Made by a program: the position numbers and the translations under genes | The notes under the pieces: generated by a model | The model's database searches: none | What the model saw: the letters and a program-made list of their open reading frames with translations, nothing else | What the model was told of the DNA's origin: nothing | Assembly (NCBI GenBank): GCA_035193785.1 | Contig: CP136572.1 | Coordinates: 2,964,578-3,028,577, forward strand | DNA: 64,000 nucleotides | Reading direction: 5' to 3' | From: Planktothrix sp. GU0601_MAG3 | GTDB lineage: Bacteria > Cyanobacteriota > Cyanobacteriia > Cyanobacteriales > Microcoleaceae | Shown: one piece after another, positions 36,058-48,970 of the stretch | How positions within the stretch are numbered: position 1 is the first letter of the stretch | Layout: every line of letters starts with the position of its first letter

Positions 36058-36369
36058 ATGGCTGCTGTATCTCTAAGCGTATCAACCGTTAAACCCCTGG
36101 GTGAGCGCGTTTTCGTTAAAGTAAGTGCATCTGAAGAAAAAACGGCCGGTGGGATTTTGCTCCCTGATGCCGCCAAAGAAAAACCCCAAGTGGGCGAAGT
36201 GATCGCTGTTGGCCCTGGCAAACGCAATGAAGATGGTTCCCGCTCGGAATTAGAAGTCAGCATTGGTGACAAAGTTCTCTACTCCAAATACGCTGGCACT
36301 GACATCAAACTCGGTACCGAAGAATTTGTTCTGTTAGCAGAAAAAGACATCCTAGCGATCGTCAACTAA
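36058..36369 (+). CDS. groES: Co-chaperonin GroES
   Basis: [26 protein letters not shown]. Confidence 0.98.
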   Translation: MAAVSLSVSTVKPLGERVFVKVSASEEKTAGGILLPDAAKEKPQVGEVIAVGPGKRNEDGSRSELEVSIGDKVLYSKYAGTDIKLGTEEFVLLAEKDILAIVN

Positions 36370-36474
36370 TCGGAGTTTTTAACCTTAGATCGTACACCAC
36401 AAATTTGTTATTCGATCTACAAAGTTAAAACCCAAGATTCAGTAATTCAATTCTATTATCAACCTAAAACCTGA

Positions 36475-38123
<1,649 letters not shown>

Positions 38124-38149
38124 GATCTTGATTACTAATTTCTAGTTGG

Positions 38150-38183
38150 ATATGGGGTGGCTTTTGTCGCCCCATATTTATTT
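38150..38183 (+). terminator. Hairpin terminator after groEL
   Basis: ATATGGGGTGGC-TTTT-GTCGCCCCATAT followed by TTATTT. Confidence 0.75.
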
Positions 38184-38240
38184 GGGAATAGGGATCACGG
38201 ATTTAAGAGGATTTCACGGATTTCACGGATTTTAATCTGT

Positions 38241-38332
38241 CAGGACTTACGCAAAACAACCATATCTAGTAGGGGCGAATGGCCATTCGCCCCTACAGAT
38301 GGTGTATAATTGGGTATTCTGCGTAAGTCCTG
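38241..38332. mobile_element. 92-bp MITE with 13-bp TIRs and 5-bp target duplication, carrying an internal REP
   Basis: TCTGT|CAGGACTTACGCA...TGCGTAAGTCCTG|TCTGT. Confidence 0.85.
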
Positions 38333-38401
38333 TCTGTGTTAATCTGTGTAGTCCTCTGAAATCCGTGATAGGTGATGGGGAAGATTGAGATTGTGGTTGT
38401 T

Positions 38402-38938
38402 TTAAGTTTTGATGTTCTTAACACTTGATTCTAAGGAAGGTTGGGGAATTAAATAAATTAAACCGGAAATTAGGGTTAATCCTACGGAACTCCAGAATAG
38501 AATTAAACTGGGTGTTTGCCAAGATAAGGGTAAGGGTGCTATTAGAAAGGCGATCGCTAAAATTTGACTAACTGTTTTTAATTTACCCCAAATATTTGCT
38601 CCAGAAATTTGAGTTTGATTGACCCTCCATCCGGCAATGGTTAGTTCCCGTGCTAGGATTAAAAATACTCCCCAAGCGGGAATGGTTCCTAACTCAATTA
38701 AGGCAAGTAAGGGCGCGAAAACTAATAATTTATCGACTAAAGGATCAAGAAATTTTCCTAAATCTGTAACTTGATTCAGTTTTCTAGCTAAATATCCATC
38801 TAACCAATCCGTACTGGCTACTACTAAAAAAATTCCTAAACAAATCCAACGATTAGTAATAGTTGGATCATGTAAATAATAGAGTATAAATGGAACTCCG
38901 AACAAGCGAGAAATAGTAATCCAATTGGGTAAATTCAT
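38402..38938 (-). CDS. pgsA: CDP-diacylglycerol--glycerol-3-phosphate 3-phosphatidyltransferase
   Basis: MNLPNWIT, TDWLDGYLAR, GKFLDPLVDK, GKLKT. Confidence 0.95.
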   Translation of the reverse strand: MNLPNWITISRLFGVPFILYYLHDPTITNRWICLGIFLVVASTDWLDGYLARKLNQVTDLGKFLDPLVDKLLVFAPLLALIELGTIPAWGVFLILARELTIAGWRVNQTQISGANIWGKLKTVSQILAIAFLIAPLPLSWQTPSLILFWSSVGLTLISGLIYLIPQPSLESSVKNIKT

Positions 38939-39052
38939 AAATCAGTTATCAGTTTTCGGTTTTCGGTTATTGTATTATATTAAAATTAAGGCTAAAAGCC
39001 TTGAAATCAATTTTAGTAGAGAGACGCGCCGTGGCACGTCTCTACAGCAGTG

Positions 39053-40827
39053 TCAACTCTTAAACTGATAACTGTTTACTGATGACTGATAACTAATTAA
39101 TGGTTTCTTCCCAATTTTGTAGGGAATTTAGACTTAATTGTGCTAAATATTTTCGGGTCGTATCTGCACGATCTAAACTGATAAAATAATTATTGTCTAC
39201 ATCTTGATAAAATAATGTGCCTTCGAGTAAACCTTGATAATCAGGATTATTTTGAGATTCTGGCGTTAACCAAATTTCATCAGCAGGCGAGGGAATTAAA
39301 CCAGAAGGTAATTTTCCCTTTAAAATTGCTAGAATTCTATCTGAAACAGAACGGGTATTGACCCCGCGATTTTCTAAGAGTTGATGTACTTCTGATAAAG
39401 ATAAAGGGTGTTCTTCAAATACTCGCAATAGTTCCGCTAAAAGAAAATAATCACTGTATTGATGTCGAGACATATCCAAGACTTGAAAATAAAGGGGTAA
39501 TACCGCTAAACCCCAAGCCAAGCGACTACAATGGGAATAATTATTATCACTATTATATTGACCGTGGGGACTATCTTGGGTAATTAACGCATTGGGTAAT
39601 TTTTGGCGTAACCAACGGCTAAAGGTCGGCCAAGTTCCATTTCCTCCCGTACAAATGGCTTGAGTAATTCTAATTGGAGAAATTCCCTGGGTGCTGAAAA
39701 GATGGTTGAGTTCTTGATTTAACTGTTGGATAAAGGGAGTAAAAATCTTTTGTTCTAAATCTCGTTGGGAAACTTCCCAAGAATAATTATTTAATGTTAG
39801 GGTATAGCGATCGCTTTGTTGCAGTTCAAATTTTAAAGTTTCTGCAATTTCTAATAATTTTAATCCCGTAGGATCACTCTGTAAAATTTGTTGTAAACGA
39901 TGACGTTTGGCTAAATCGGGATGTCCAGGTTCAGGAAATTCCACATCTGGAATATTAAATGTGGGGAAGGGTGAAACCCTCTGGCTGAATCAAAAGTTGA
40001 GTAATAATATCCTGATTTAAGGCATCTCCAGCATAGGCTAAATGATGACAAACCACTTGGGAAGCCATAAATTCAGTTAAATCCTGGGAAAGTTTGGCTA
40101 CGGCTATTTCCGTGGTTGTGGCCCCGATATTAATAATTAAAATTGTGCCATTGGGATCGGGGGGATGGAGATAGAATTGATATAATAAAGTTGCGATCGC
40201 ATCCTCAATAATAAAAATTTGTTCAGGACATTTGATGATTCCTGCTGCTAATACGGCTTCCCTCAAGTTAAAACGATAGGCTTCTGTCGAGGCCGTGGAA
40301 CAGCCTAAAACCACCCCATCTAAACAATTTAACGCCTGCTGAAATTCGACCGTATCGAGTCCCACTGCACCCAAAGTATACACATTCGGTAGGGCCATGA
40401 TTGGGGGAGTTTCCCGATTAGGCTGCCTTAAGGGGGAAATTCGGCGACCAGACAACACTCGATGGGGATGTAAGGTAGATAATAAAGCCGTCCACGCCTC
40501 TCGAAACCCCCCCAAGGGTAGGGACTGTTGTTCTGACCACTGAATCATGGGAAGTCCCGTTAACTCAGGAGAATTCACTGAATGATAGGGAATTCCCAGG
40601 TTTAATAAGGATTTAAACCGTTGTATCAGGCTTTGAGTGGTTTTCTCCTGGGGATCTAAATAATAAATTGACACTGGAAGCCGAAAGGTAAAGGGAAGAT
40701 CCTCAATTCCTGAGAGTTCTGTTTGTTCCGTTTGCCAATAAATCGGATAAACTTTTTGGGTTTCGCTCTGTAACAAGGCGGCGGATATTCCTGTTGTTCC
40801 TAAGTCAACTCCTAAATACCATTTCAT
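39053..40827 (-). CDS. Hsp70/actin-like ATPase-fold hypothetical protein (apparent frameshifts at 39973-39977 and probably 39103-39107)
   Basis: WYLGVDLGTTG, EDAIA, INIGATTTE, AGDALNQDI, ICTGG. Confidence 0.75.
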
Positions 40828-40850
40828 AATCAGTTATCAGTTATCAGTTA

Positions 40851-43270
40851 TCAGTTTTTAAAAAACTCCTGACTCAAGGCTTCAAGACTCAGGGAATCCT
40901 CCTCCTGTTCGGTGTCCCAATTTAAGTTTTTTTCATCCGCCAGATTCAAACTGTTGAAAACATCATCTAAAGTTAAATCTGATAATCCTTGAGTTGATGC
41001 AAGATTTTGCTTTTCTGCTGCTGGTATATTGAGGGATTCAATGGAAATAGAGGGAACCGATTGAGCCGAACTAGGTTCCATCCCAATATCTCTAAATAAA
41101 TCTTCAAAAGTAATTAATTCCTCGGGTTGAGATACTTTTGAAGTTGTTTTTTTCGATGATTCTTGGGGAGTAACTTGAGGTTGAGAATAGGTTAATTTTG
41201 CGGGAGTTGGTTTAATAACTGGACTGGTTTCAGGTTGTTCTAAATTAAATAGATCTGCCTCTAAATGTTCTAAAGTATTGCGATCAATTAATAAACGGGA
41301 ATCGATTTGTTCGCTATCCTCCTGCAAATCTAGGGGAAGTAAATTTTCATCCGGGGAAGCTTGAACATAAGCATCGTTTTCTAAACTAACTGTTTGGCTT
41401 TCAATCTGACTGGGGGGGGATGCCATAGGACTGACCATTCCTGTGAGTTTCTTGCTGGGTTTTTGCCGAGACCACATCGGAATTCGGGGTAGAAACCTCC
41501 TCAAAGGTGAGTTCTTCAAAAACATCACTTAAATCTGCCAGGGTTTCCTCAAAGGGATTCGGTGCGGGAGTGAAGGAGGAATCTGTGATTTCATTAGGAG
41601 AAACTGACTCAACCTCTGGTGTAAATAAGTTCTCAGACTCTAAAGATATAGGATCTATGGCATCTGCGGTTAAGGGTAAATCAGATTCTATCGGAAAATT
41701 TTGATCCGGTTGATTGAATATATCCAAACTATTTAAGTTCAAGAAATCAGCCGTTGCCTCTAAGGATTCGGTGTGAATATTTTCCGATTCTATGGCCGTG
41801 ATGTTCGGTGTTGACTCATCCCCAAATAAATCTTCGGTGTCTAAATAGATTTCTGATTCATTCTCGACTTGGGAAGGACTGGCAACATCGGTTTCCTCGT
41901 CTAGCAATAGGGTTTCTATCTCCTCGGAAACATCATCCTCATCTACCTGAATGACATCAACATCATCCTCAAATAAATCAATATTTTGTGTTTGAGGCGC
42001 GACAGTCACAACCGGGGATTCCGCCTCCGTCGCCGGATCAAACAAACTTTCTAATTTTGAATCAGCATCGGGTAGGGACTGTTCGACAATTGACTCATCC
42101 CAATCGAGGGAAAGAGAGCTTTCTAGTGTTCTGTCTAACCCATCTTTGACAGGGGGAGTAGATAATTCCTCAATGGTCTCAAACGCCACCTCGAATTCAT
42201 CTTCATCGGTTATTTTTAGCTGTTCTTTGTCATCCTCATCAATATCATGATCAGAAGTAACAGTAGGAGTCGATTGTCTGGGAACTTCTGCCCCCGCATA
42301 GGGAAAGATTCCCTCAAAAGCGGAGGATAAATTCTGAGGTAGAGAAACCACGGATTGAGGAGAAGGTAAATTACCCGTGCTGGAGGGGGTTTCCGATTCA
42401 GTTAATTGTAGTGAAGATTGTAAATAGGAAGACGTTTCTTGACCGACCTGTTGGGCTAATTGGTTGAGTAAGGTGGTGAACATGACCTCCCCCTGTTTGC
42501 CCAAACTGTGCATCCTTTCTAGGCTTTGTCCCAGGGAATCCGAATAGGTTTGGAGGTTTCGTTGCAAGGCCTCAAAAATCACACTCAGACTGGAATCGAG
42601 GGTCATCAGTAAATGATCGGATTGCGCTTGTAACTGTCGCATCTGTTCCAGGCGTTGGGCTGGGGTCAGGGTAGAGAGGGAGGTTTGGGGTCTGTCCACG
42701 GCTTCAGAAACCAGGGCGGGCAGGGAGTTGGATTCTGTTAATAATACCGAATCTAAAAATCGGGTTTCAATATGGTTTAGGGTTTCAGTCACATTATGAA
42801 TCAGACTGTCCTGCAATCTGGTCATGAACTCTTGCAAAAATTCACGACTAAGTTGTTGTTGATAGGCTTGAGGAGGGACTTGTCCGATAGCTTGAGCTTT
42901 TCGGGCTTCTAATTGTTGAATTTCCTGGATTAAATTGTGTTGTTCGGTACGCAAACGATCGATCTCATCCTGAAGGGGCTGAGTTAAATTAGTCCGCAAA
43001 TAGATCATTTCCCGTCGGATTGCCTGCCACAGAGGTTCTCGCGTTTCCGGGGGAAATGGAGGGTTGATAGGTCTCCGAGGTAACACCAACAGGCCCCTCG
43101 TCCGCCTGTTCCTGAAGAAAGACCAAATACCTGCGGACACGCTCTAGGACTTGACGGGAGCGTGTGACAGTTTCGCCAAAAACGACCCAAGGCAAACGTA
43201 AGCTGGGCTGACTAAGAACCTCGTCAATTTCGGTGATGAGTGCTTGAATCTGACCTTTCTGAACATTCAA
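40851..43270 (-). CDS. Large hypothetical protein with N-terminal coiled coil and long acidic low-complexity region (apparent frameshifts at 43043-43047 and ~41447-41451)
   Basis: Three overlapping ORFs join into one frame by single-base removals at GAAAC/GTTTC sites. Confidence 0.7.
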
Positions 43271-43310
43271 GGCTGAACCCCCTCAATAATCGTTCTGTTA
43301 ATGGGACTCC

Positions 43311-43530
43311 TTGACATCCTCACCGCCCTAAAAGTGCGGCGATTCCTCAACCGGTGGACTGCCCATTGCCCTATCGTCTTTTCCCGGTCTACCGATTTGT
43401 CTGCGCCACCAGTGAACCTGGACTTCCCTCGTTAGGCTGTCTGAATCCATCGTCGCGGGTGGGTCAGTGACCATCAATATTCTAATATAAAGCCGTCTTA
43501 AAAGGACGGGGTTTCAGACCCAATTTTTTG
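43311..43530 (-). mobile_element. Non-autonomous miniature IS200/IS605-family element (both ends, no tnpA/tnpB)
   Basis: Minus strand: TTAT|CAAAAAATTGGGTCTGAAACCCCGTCCTTTTAAGACGGCTTT left-end hairpin, and GGAATCGCCGCACTTTTAGGGCGGTGAGGATGTCAA right end ending TCAA. Confidence 0.8.
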
Positions 43531-43910
43531 ATAATTGCTTAATCTTAGGGATTCCCTTGATTAAAGCAATTGTGATCTACATAATATGTTAGGCTTGGCA
43601 CGAAGCACTCAAGCAGCTAACTTGAGATTTGGGATTTATTGGCTAATCACCCACCGGAGGCAATACGGTTAAAAACTAAACCAGCTTAACTTTTTTATGT
43701 CCTGATAGCTCTAAAATATAAAATTGCCTAGTAATTTTTGAGTTGGTGTTTTAATTGACACCAGGCGGAATCTGAGTTAAAAATGATCGGGAAATTTTAG
43801 GGTAATTGACCAATAAAGAATGCTGATTCTGCTTTCGGTGCAATTGACTGAAAACCCCATCTCTGGATTAGCTACTGCTCAATACGAATTTATAATTTTA
43901 TCACAGCCTC

Positions 43911-44621
43911 ATGGAAGATCGGTATTTCTCCCGTGACAATCACTCCGATATTCACAAGATGATCTGCTCCACGCCTTTCTTTCAAGGCTTGCCACCGGAT
44001 GCGGCGGATAAAGCAACCTCTCATATTGTGGGTAGAAACCATCCAGCCAACCAAGTTATTTTATTAGAAAATGACTGGGGAAGTTCCGTTTATTTTATTT
44101 TGGACGGTTGGGTAAAAATTCGTACCTATAATTTGGATGGGAAAGAAGTAACGCTGAATATTTTGGGTAAGGGTGAACTATTTGGAGAAATGGCAGCACT
44201 CGATGAAGTCCCCCGCTCCACCGATGTTATTACATTAGCACCAACCTTAATTGGGAATATGCCCGCTCAGGATTTTGTGGAGTTGATTACCACCGAACCC
44301 CGGGCGGGAATGCGACTGGCTCAATTGATGGGACGGCGTTTACGCCAGGTGAATCGACGTCTGAGATTGCGCGAATCCGATAGTACCTCCCGGGTGGCCG
44401 ATATTCTCCTATTTCTGGCCGAGGGCCAAGGTACAACTTCCGATCAAGGAGGGACACAAATTCCTAATCTTCCCCATCGGGAGTTAAGTGGTTTGAGTGG
44501 TCTGGCCAGGGAAACCGTAACTCGGGTTCTCAGCAAGTTAGAGAAAAAAGGATTAATTCATCGGGAACGGGATATTTTGAGTATTCCCGATGTCCACGCC
44601 CTGGAACGGATATTAGTCTGA
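43911..44621 (+). CDS. crp: Crp/Fnr family transcriptional regulator (cAMP-binding, SyCrp1-like)
   Basis: FGEMAA, PRST cNMP motif, HTH GLARETVTR. Confidence 0.88.
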   Translation: MEDRYFSRDNHSDIHKMICSTPFFQGLPPDAADKATSHIVGRNHPANQVILLENDWGSSVYFILDGWVKIRTYNLDGKEVTLNILGKGELFGEMAALDEVPRSTDVITLAPTLIGNMPAQDFVELITTEPRAGMRLAQLMGRRLRQVNRRLRLRESDSTSRVADILLFLAEGQGTTSDQGGTQIPNLPHRELSGLSGLARETVTRVLSKLEKKGLIHRERDILSIPDVHALERILV

Positions 44622-44662
44622 ATGGTACTATTACCTATTGCCCATTGCCCATTCCCTATTAA

Positions 44663-45413
44663 ATGAGTGATTCTTCTCCATCAAGTTCTTCTATTGACCC
44701 CCGTGAATCTGAAACTCAGGAATGGGTATCTGTTGATGCAGATATCCCCAGTTTCCGAACCTTCGGCTCATCCGGCTAAACTATCCGCTTCCCATCAAAA
44801 TTCCCTGATTCTGGTAGAAACGGCTTTTCTGGCTAGTGCCGCCAGTTTGATTTGGTTTGTTAATTATTATTTTCCCATGGGGCCAGTGCTGCGGCTGTTT
44901 TTCGCCTTGCCGATGGCTTTATTATATTTACGATGGGGAAAACGGGCTGCGGTGATGGGGGCGGTGGCTTCATTTTTATTGTTATCGGTGTTAATGGGGC
45001 CAACTCGCAGTATTGTGTTTTTGATTCCTTATGGTTGGTTAGGGGTGGTTTTGGGGGGAATGTGGAAACGCAAATCTCCTTGGTGGATGTCCATTAGTAC
45101 GGGTTCTTTAATTGTTGCTATTGGTTTTTTCTTTAAATATTGGTTACTTTCCATCCTGCTAGGGCGGAATTTGTGGGCCTACGCTACGATCCAAATTACC
45201 TCGGTGGCGGACTGGATTTTTATTAAGTTGGGGATTTTAGCTCAACCCAGTCTAATGTTAGTTCAGGTGCTTGCTGTTCTGATGATTTTAATTAATAGTA
45301 TTGTCTATTTATTTGTGGTTCATCTAGTCTCATTATTATTATTAGATCGTCTCAATAGTCCCATTCCTCGCCCTCCTAAATGGGTACAAATTTTATTAGA
45401 CTACGACGCTTAA
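44663..45413 (+). CDS. DUF2232 membrane protein (apparent frameshift at 44751-44755)
   Basis: LVETAFLASAASLIW, multiple TMs; ATG at 44663 joins in frame after removing one T. Confidence 0.8.
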
Positions 45414-46527
45414 ATGACTGTTAAGGTTTATACCCAGTGTGCCGGGGGAAATCGGTGGTTACATCGCTATCAAGGAACTCAACCTGTATTTGCTTGTGTG
45501 TTGGGATTTACAGCAACGGCCTTAATTCCAGGGATTTCCGCCGCCGGGGCTACCAGCGACTCCCGAAAATATACGGCCGTTGCCGATGCTGAATTTCTCC
45601 ATAATGGCCCCCAACCCCATCCCCAGTATCCCTTACCGCCCTTAGATGCGGGGGCTTCTCCGGTGTTAATTTCCCGGGCTGTAGTGGAGTCCCTAAAATG
45701 TCCTTTGTATCTGTTTAATGCGGGATTATCTGTTGCTCCTGCGGTTCCTACGATTGACTTGGGGGGGGTTGCCGCCAGGTGTATAACCTCCGGTTCCGCC
45801 ATGACTTTAGGGACTGTCAAGCATCTATTTGAGCAGGGGTTAATCTGGGGTGAACGTCTGGCCCAGGATGCCCAAAATAGTTATCTGATTTTATCGGAAT
45901 GTGTGGTGGGCGGAACCACTACGGCCCTGGGGGTGTTGCTGGGGTTGGGAATTTCCGCCATGGATAAGGTGAATAGTAGTCATCCCCAGTGTAATCATGG
46001 CCAAAAATTAGCGATCGCCACCACGGGATTACAACAAGCCGGGTTTTGGCCGTTATCGGGGATAGGGATTGATCCCTTCCAGTTGGTGGCCGCGGTGGGT
46101 GATCCGATGCAAATTGTGGTGGCGGGCATGACTTTGGCGGCTAGTCGTACCGTGGGGGTGCTGTTGGCGGGTGGAAACTCAGATGTTAGCGGTTTATGGT
46201 TTGGTAGAGGCGATCGCCACTGCATATCAGATTCCTTGGTGTGCTGAGGGGGTGGTAGTGGGAACCACCCGTTGGGTCGCGGAAGATACCACGGGGGATA
46301 CGGTTGGTTTAGCGGAAATGGTGGGAAATGTCCCCCTATTAGCCACGCAACTAAATTTTTCTACTTCGGTTTATCCGCAACTGCGGGCCTATGAACAGGG
46401 TTATGTAAAAGAAGGGGTGGGGGCTGGAGGGGCTGCGATCGCGGCTTATCTGGCGCTAGGTTGGAATAATACCCAAATTCTGCAAGCGATTGAAGCAGTG
46501 GCTGATCGGATGAAATCAAATTATTAA
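45414..46527 (+). CDS. cobT: Nicotinate-nucleotide phosphoribosyltransferase CobT, cyanobacterial/archaeal type (apparent frameshift at 46174-46178)
   Basis: IPGISAAG, ECVVGGTTTA, GDPMQ, LAGGTQM (restored), KEGVGAGG. Confidence 0.9.
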
Positions 46528-46575
46528 TGTTCAATTCTGCGGATCTGTGCTACAATGTAAAATTGAACAATAAAC

Positions 46576-46658
46576 GCGGACATGGCGGAATTGGTAGACG
46601 CGCTAGATTTAGGTTCTAGTATCGTAAAGATGTGAAGGTTCAAGTCCTTTTGTCCGCA
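46576..46658 (+). tRNA. trnL: tRNA-Leu(TAG)
   Basis: GCGGACATGGCGGAATTGGTAGACGCG CTAGA-TTTAGGT-TCTAG ... GGTTCAAGTCC...TGTCCGCA. Confidence 0.96.
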
Positions 46659-46677
46659 TTATGAGTAAAGAGTTAAC

Positions 46678-46707
46678 AAAAATGCTCTCCGAAAGGGGGG
46701 CGTTTTT
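46678..46707 (+). terminator. Intrinsic terminator after tRNA-Leu
   Basis: AAAAATGCTCTCC-GAAA-GGGGGGCGTTTTT. Confidence 0.8.
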
Positions 46708-46760
46708 AGGTATTTAATATTGATGATTATCTGAATTACTGACTAATATTAAATACATTT

Positions 46761-46955
46761 TCATCTAATCTTGTATTTAATATAGCATTGGAAAATTGGA
46801 TTTAATCGAAAGAGCGATCGCCCTTCTCCTTCGACTTTTTCAATTAAATCCCGTCTGATTAAGGATTGTATTGCTTGCATAAATTCAGGTTTTGATAATT
46901 CAATATTAGTAGGTTTTGGGGAAATATTCACAGGTTGATCTTGAGTCGCTAACCA
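46761..46955 (-). pseudogene. 3'-end remnant of a paralog of the NB-ARC gene at 50820-52200
   Basis: 180-bp similarity of 46776-46955 to 50835-51014 (WLATQDQPVNIS...EGEGRSLFRLNPIFQCYIK). Confidence 0.85.
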
Positions 46956-46977
46956 GTAGATTACTTGTTTTTCTAAT

Positions 46978-48437
46978 TTATAACCCTAGTAATTTAGCTT
47001 TCAAAGCTGAAAATTCTTCATCAGTAAGAACTCCTTCCTTATGTAACTTTGCAAACTTAGCTAGTTCATCTGCTACTGAGGGTTTTCCTGAAGTATTAGC
47101 TAGTTGTTGCTTTATTTCTCTCATTCGTTTTTCTACAAGCTCTTTAAACGCTCTGAAGTTTTCATTACACTCTTTTCCTCCAAAAGTAATTACATTTTCT
47201 TGTTGATGCTTCATCTCATTAGGCTTTGGAAAGTATCCAGGATATACAAATTCAATAGTTTTCCATCAAGAATGCCACTTGCTTTAAAGTTGATAACTGT
47301 TATATTTTCCACTGGAATCTTTACAACGTTAGCATCTTGGTCAAAAAAGTTGAAAAATTTGCCAATAGCACCGTGACTGATGACTACATAATCATCAATT
47401 AAGGCTACCTCTCCACCAATGGTATTTTTAGCATACGGATAGTCTTTTTCTGCTGTTGGCTCTTTCTTGGGTATAACTTTTTCTGCTAATTTTCGCAGAT
47501 TTTTGCTAAGTTCTGGATCGAAACCATTCATGCTTATCTCGAAGTCATTAAAGTTACTGCACAAAGAGATATTTTGCTGAGCAATTCGTTCCAAAGATTT
47601 TATTTCATAAGCAACTTGATTTTTTATAGCCAAAAAATCTTTCTTGGCACTTTCAGCCGAACATTGCAACTGATATAGCCTTCTTACTTCGCTGATAAGA
47701 TTTTTTAAATAGATTAGATTCAAATTTTCGCTTTGCTCGTCATTAACTATTATTAACTTAGCTAAATTTATGTAATTTTCCTCAAGTTCTTTTTTATAAG
47801 TGTCTACCATATCAAACAAGCTCCCTACCGAGCTCTTTATTTGGCTCCACAACCCTTCCTTTGATACCTCTTGACGTTTTAATCGCACATCTTCAGCCTC
47901 CGCTAATTTTGCTCTAGTTTTAGATATTTCTTCTACAGTAATTATAATTTCAGGATGGGATGATATTAAATGCGCTCTCTCGTGATTGCCAAAAGAGGTT
48001 CTTCCGAAATTTTCTAACTCTGGAGCTATTCCTTTGAATTTCTCTTGGACTTCGGTTAAAGTATTGTTCGCTGTTAATATCTCCTCCTCTGCTTTAATTT
48101 CTTTTGTTCTTAGAATAGCTATCTGCTCTTTAATTTGCTGCATAGCATCTAAAAAACTTATGTTTTCCCCGACCAGCAAATTATCTAACAACAGTTTTTC
48201 TGAGTGTTCTTCTTCATAAACTTCTATAGTCACTATTGCTCCGGCATTTTTTAATTTCAATTCCAATTTCTCCGCTTCTTCTGCTGTAGCAGTTTTTACT
48301 ATAGATATAGGAGCAGATTCTACGGTATCTTTTGCTTCTTTCAATCCTAAATCGCTTATCTCACGAACAGCCTTCAAGATAGAGATTTTACGATCACCAG
48401 GGACTTTCACAAGAATGACATTCCAATTCTGAGGCAT
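46978..48437 (-). CDS. Protein with ribosomal L7/L12 C-terminal-like domain, coiled coil, DUF4429/PH-like region and SHOCT domain (apparent frameshift at 47258-47263)
   Basis: KISILKAVREISDLGLKEAKDTVE...AEKLELKLKNAGA; SVADELAKFAKLHKEGVLTDEEFSALKAKLL. GTTTTC->GTTC fuses the two ORFs (DGTIEFVYPG). Confidence 0.7.
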
Positions 48438-48497
48438 AAAGCTATTAAATGTATTATACTTAAAGGTCTAATATTACACCCTTTCTAGGCATAAATA

Positions 48498-48722
48498 TTG
48501 TATCATAAAATACTATCACAAATTCCCCCGGAGGATTTCGTTCAGGATATGCGCCTAGCTGCTGCTATCTATTGGTATCAAAAAGCTGAAATTTCTCAGG
48601 AAAAAGCCGCCCCAATTGCGGGTTTAAACCGCAGAGGCTTCTTGGATGCTCTAGCGCGTGAGCAAGTTGATGTGTTTGTAATCGACTTTAATGACCTACA
48701 ACGGGAGCTTGAGCGTGGCTGA
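48498..48722 (+). CDS. UPF0175 family antitoxin-like protein (5' end possibly truncated)
   Basis: MRLAAAIYWYQ..ISQEKAA.IAGL.R..FL motif. Confidence 0.75.
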   Translation: MYHKILSQIPPEDFVQDMRLAAAIYWYQKAEISQEKAAPIAGLNRRGFLDALAREQVDVFVIDFNDLQRELERG

Positions 48723-48831
48723 TTCTTTGGATAATAAAGTCATCCCTCCTGCCATCAATACCTCTCCTCTAATATTTTTAACAACCTGTTTTGTTTATTT
48801 CGGGTCAAACCCCATACAGGTTAGGGAATAG
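48715..48831 (+). pseudogene. N-terminal fragment of a DUF3368-type PIN toxin
   Basis: GTG overlapping the antitoxin stop; reads ...AINTSPLIFL then diverges and stops. Confidence 0.6.
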
Positions 48832-48970
48832 AGCCATAACATTAATAAAACTTATGACTTGTATGCAAAACCCTGATGTCAAAACACTTTACAAACCGTA
48901 ATAAAGCCGTTAATGTAGTAGACATAGATACCAAACGTACCTCGACAAATACATAGCAATCATAACCAAC

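Noticed and set aside
47211..48437. Genuine rplL
   Set aside because: Lacks the L12 N-terminal dimerisation domain, is over 400 aa, and is not in an rplJ/rpoB context.
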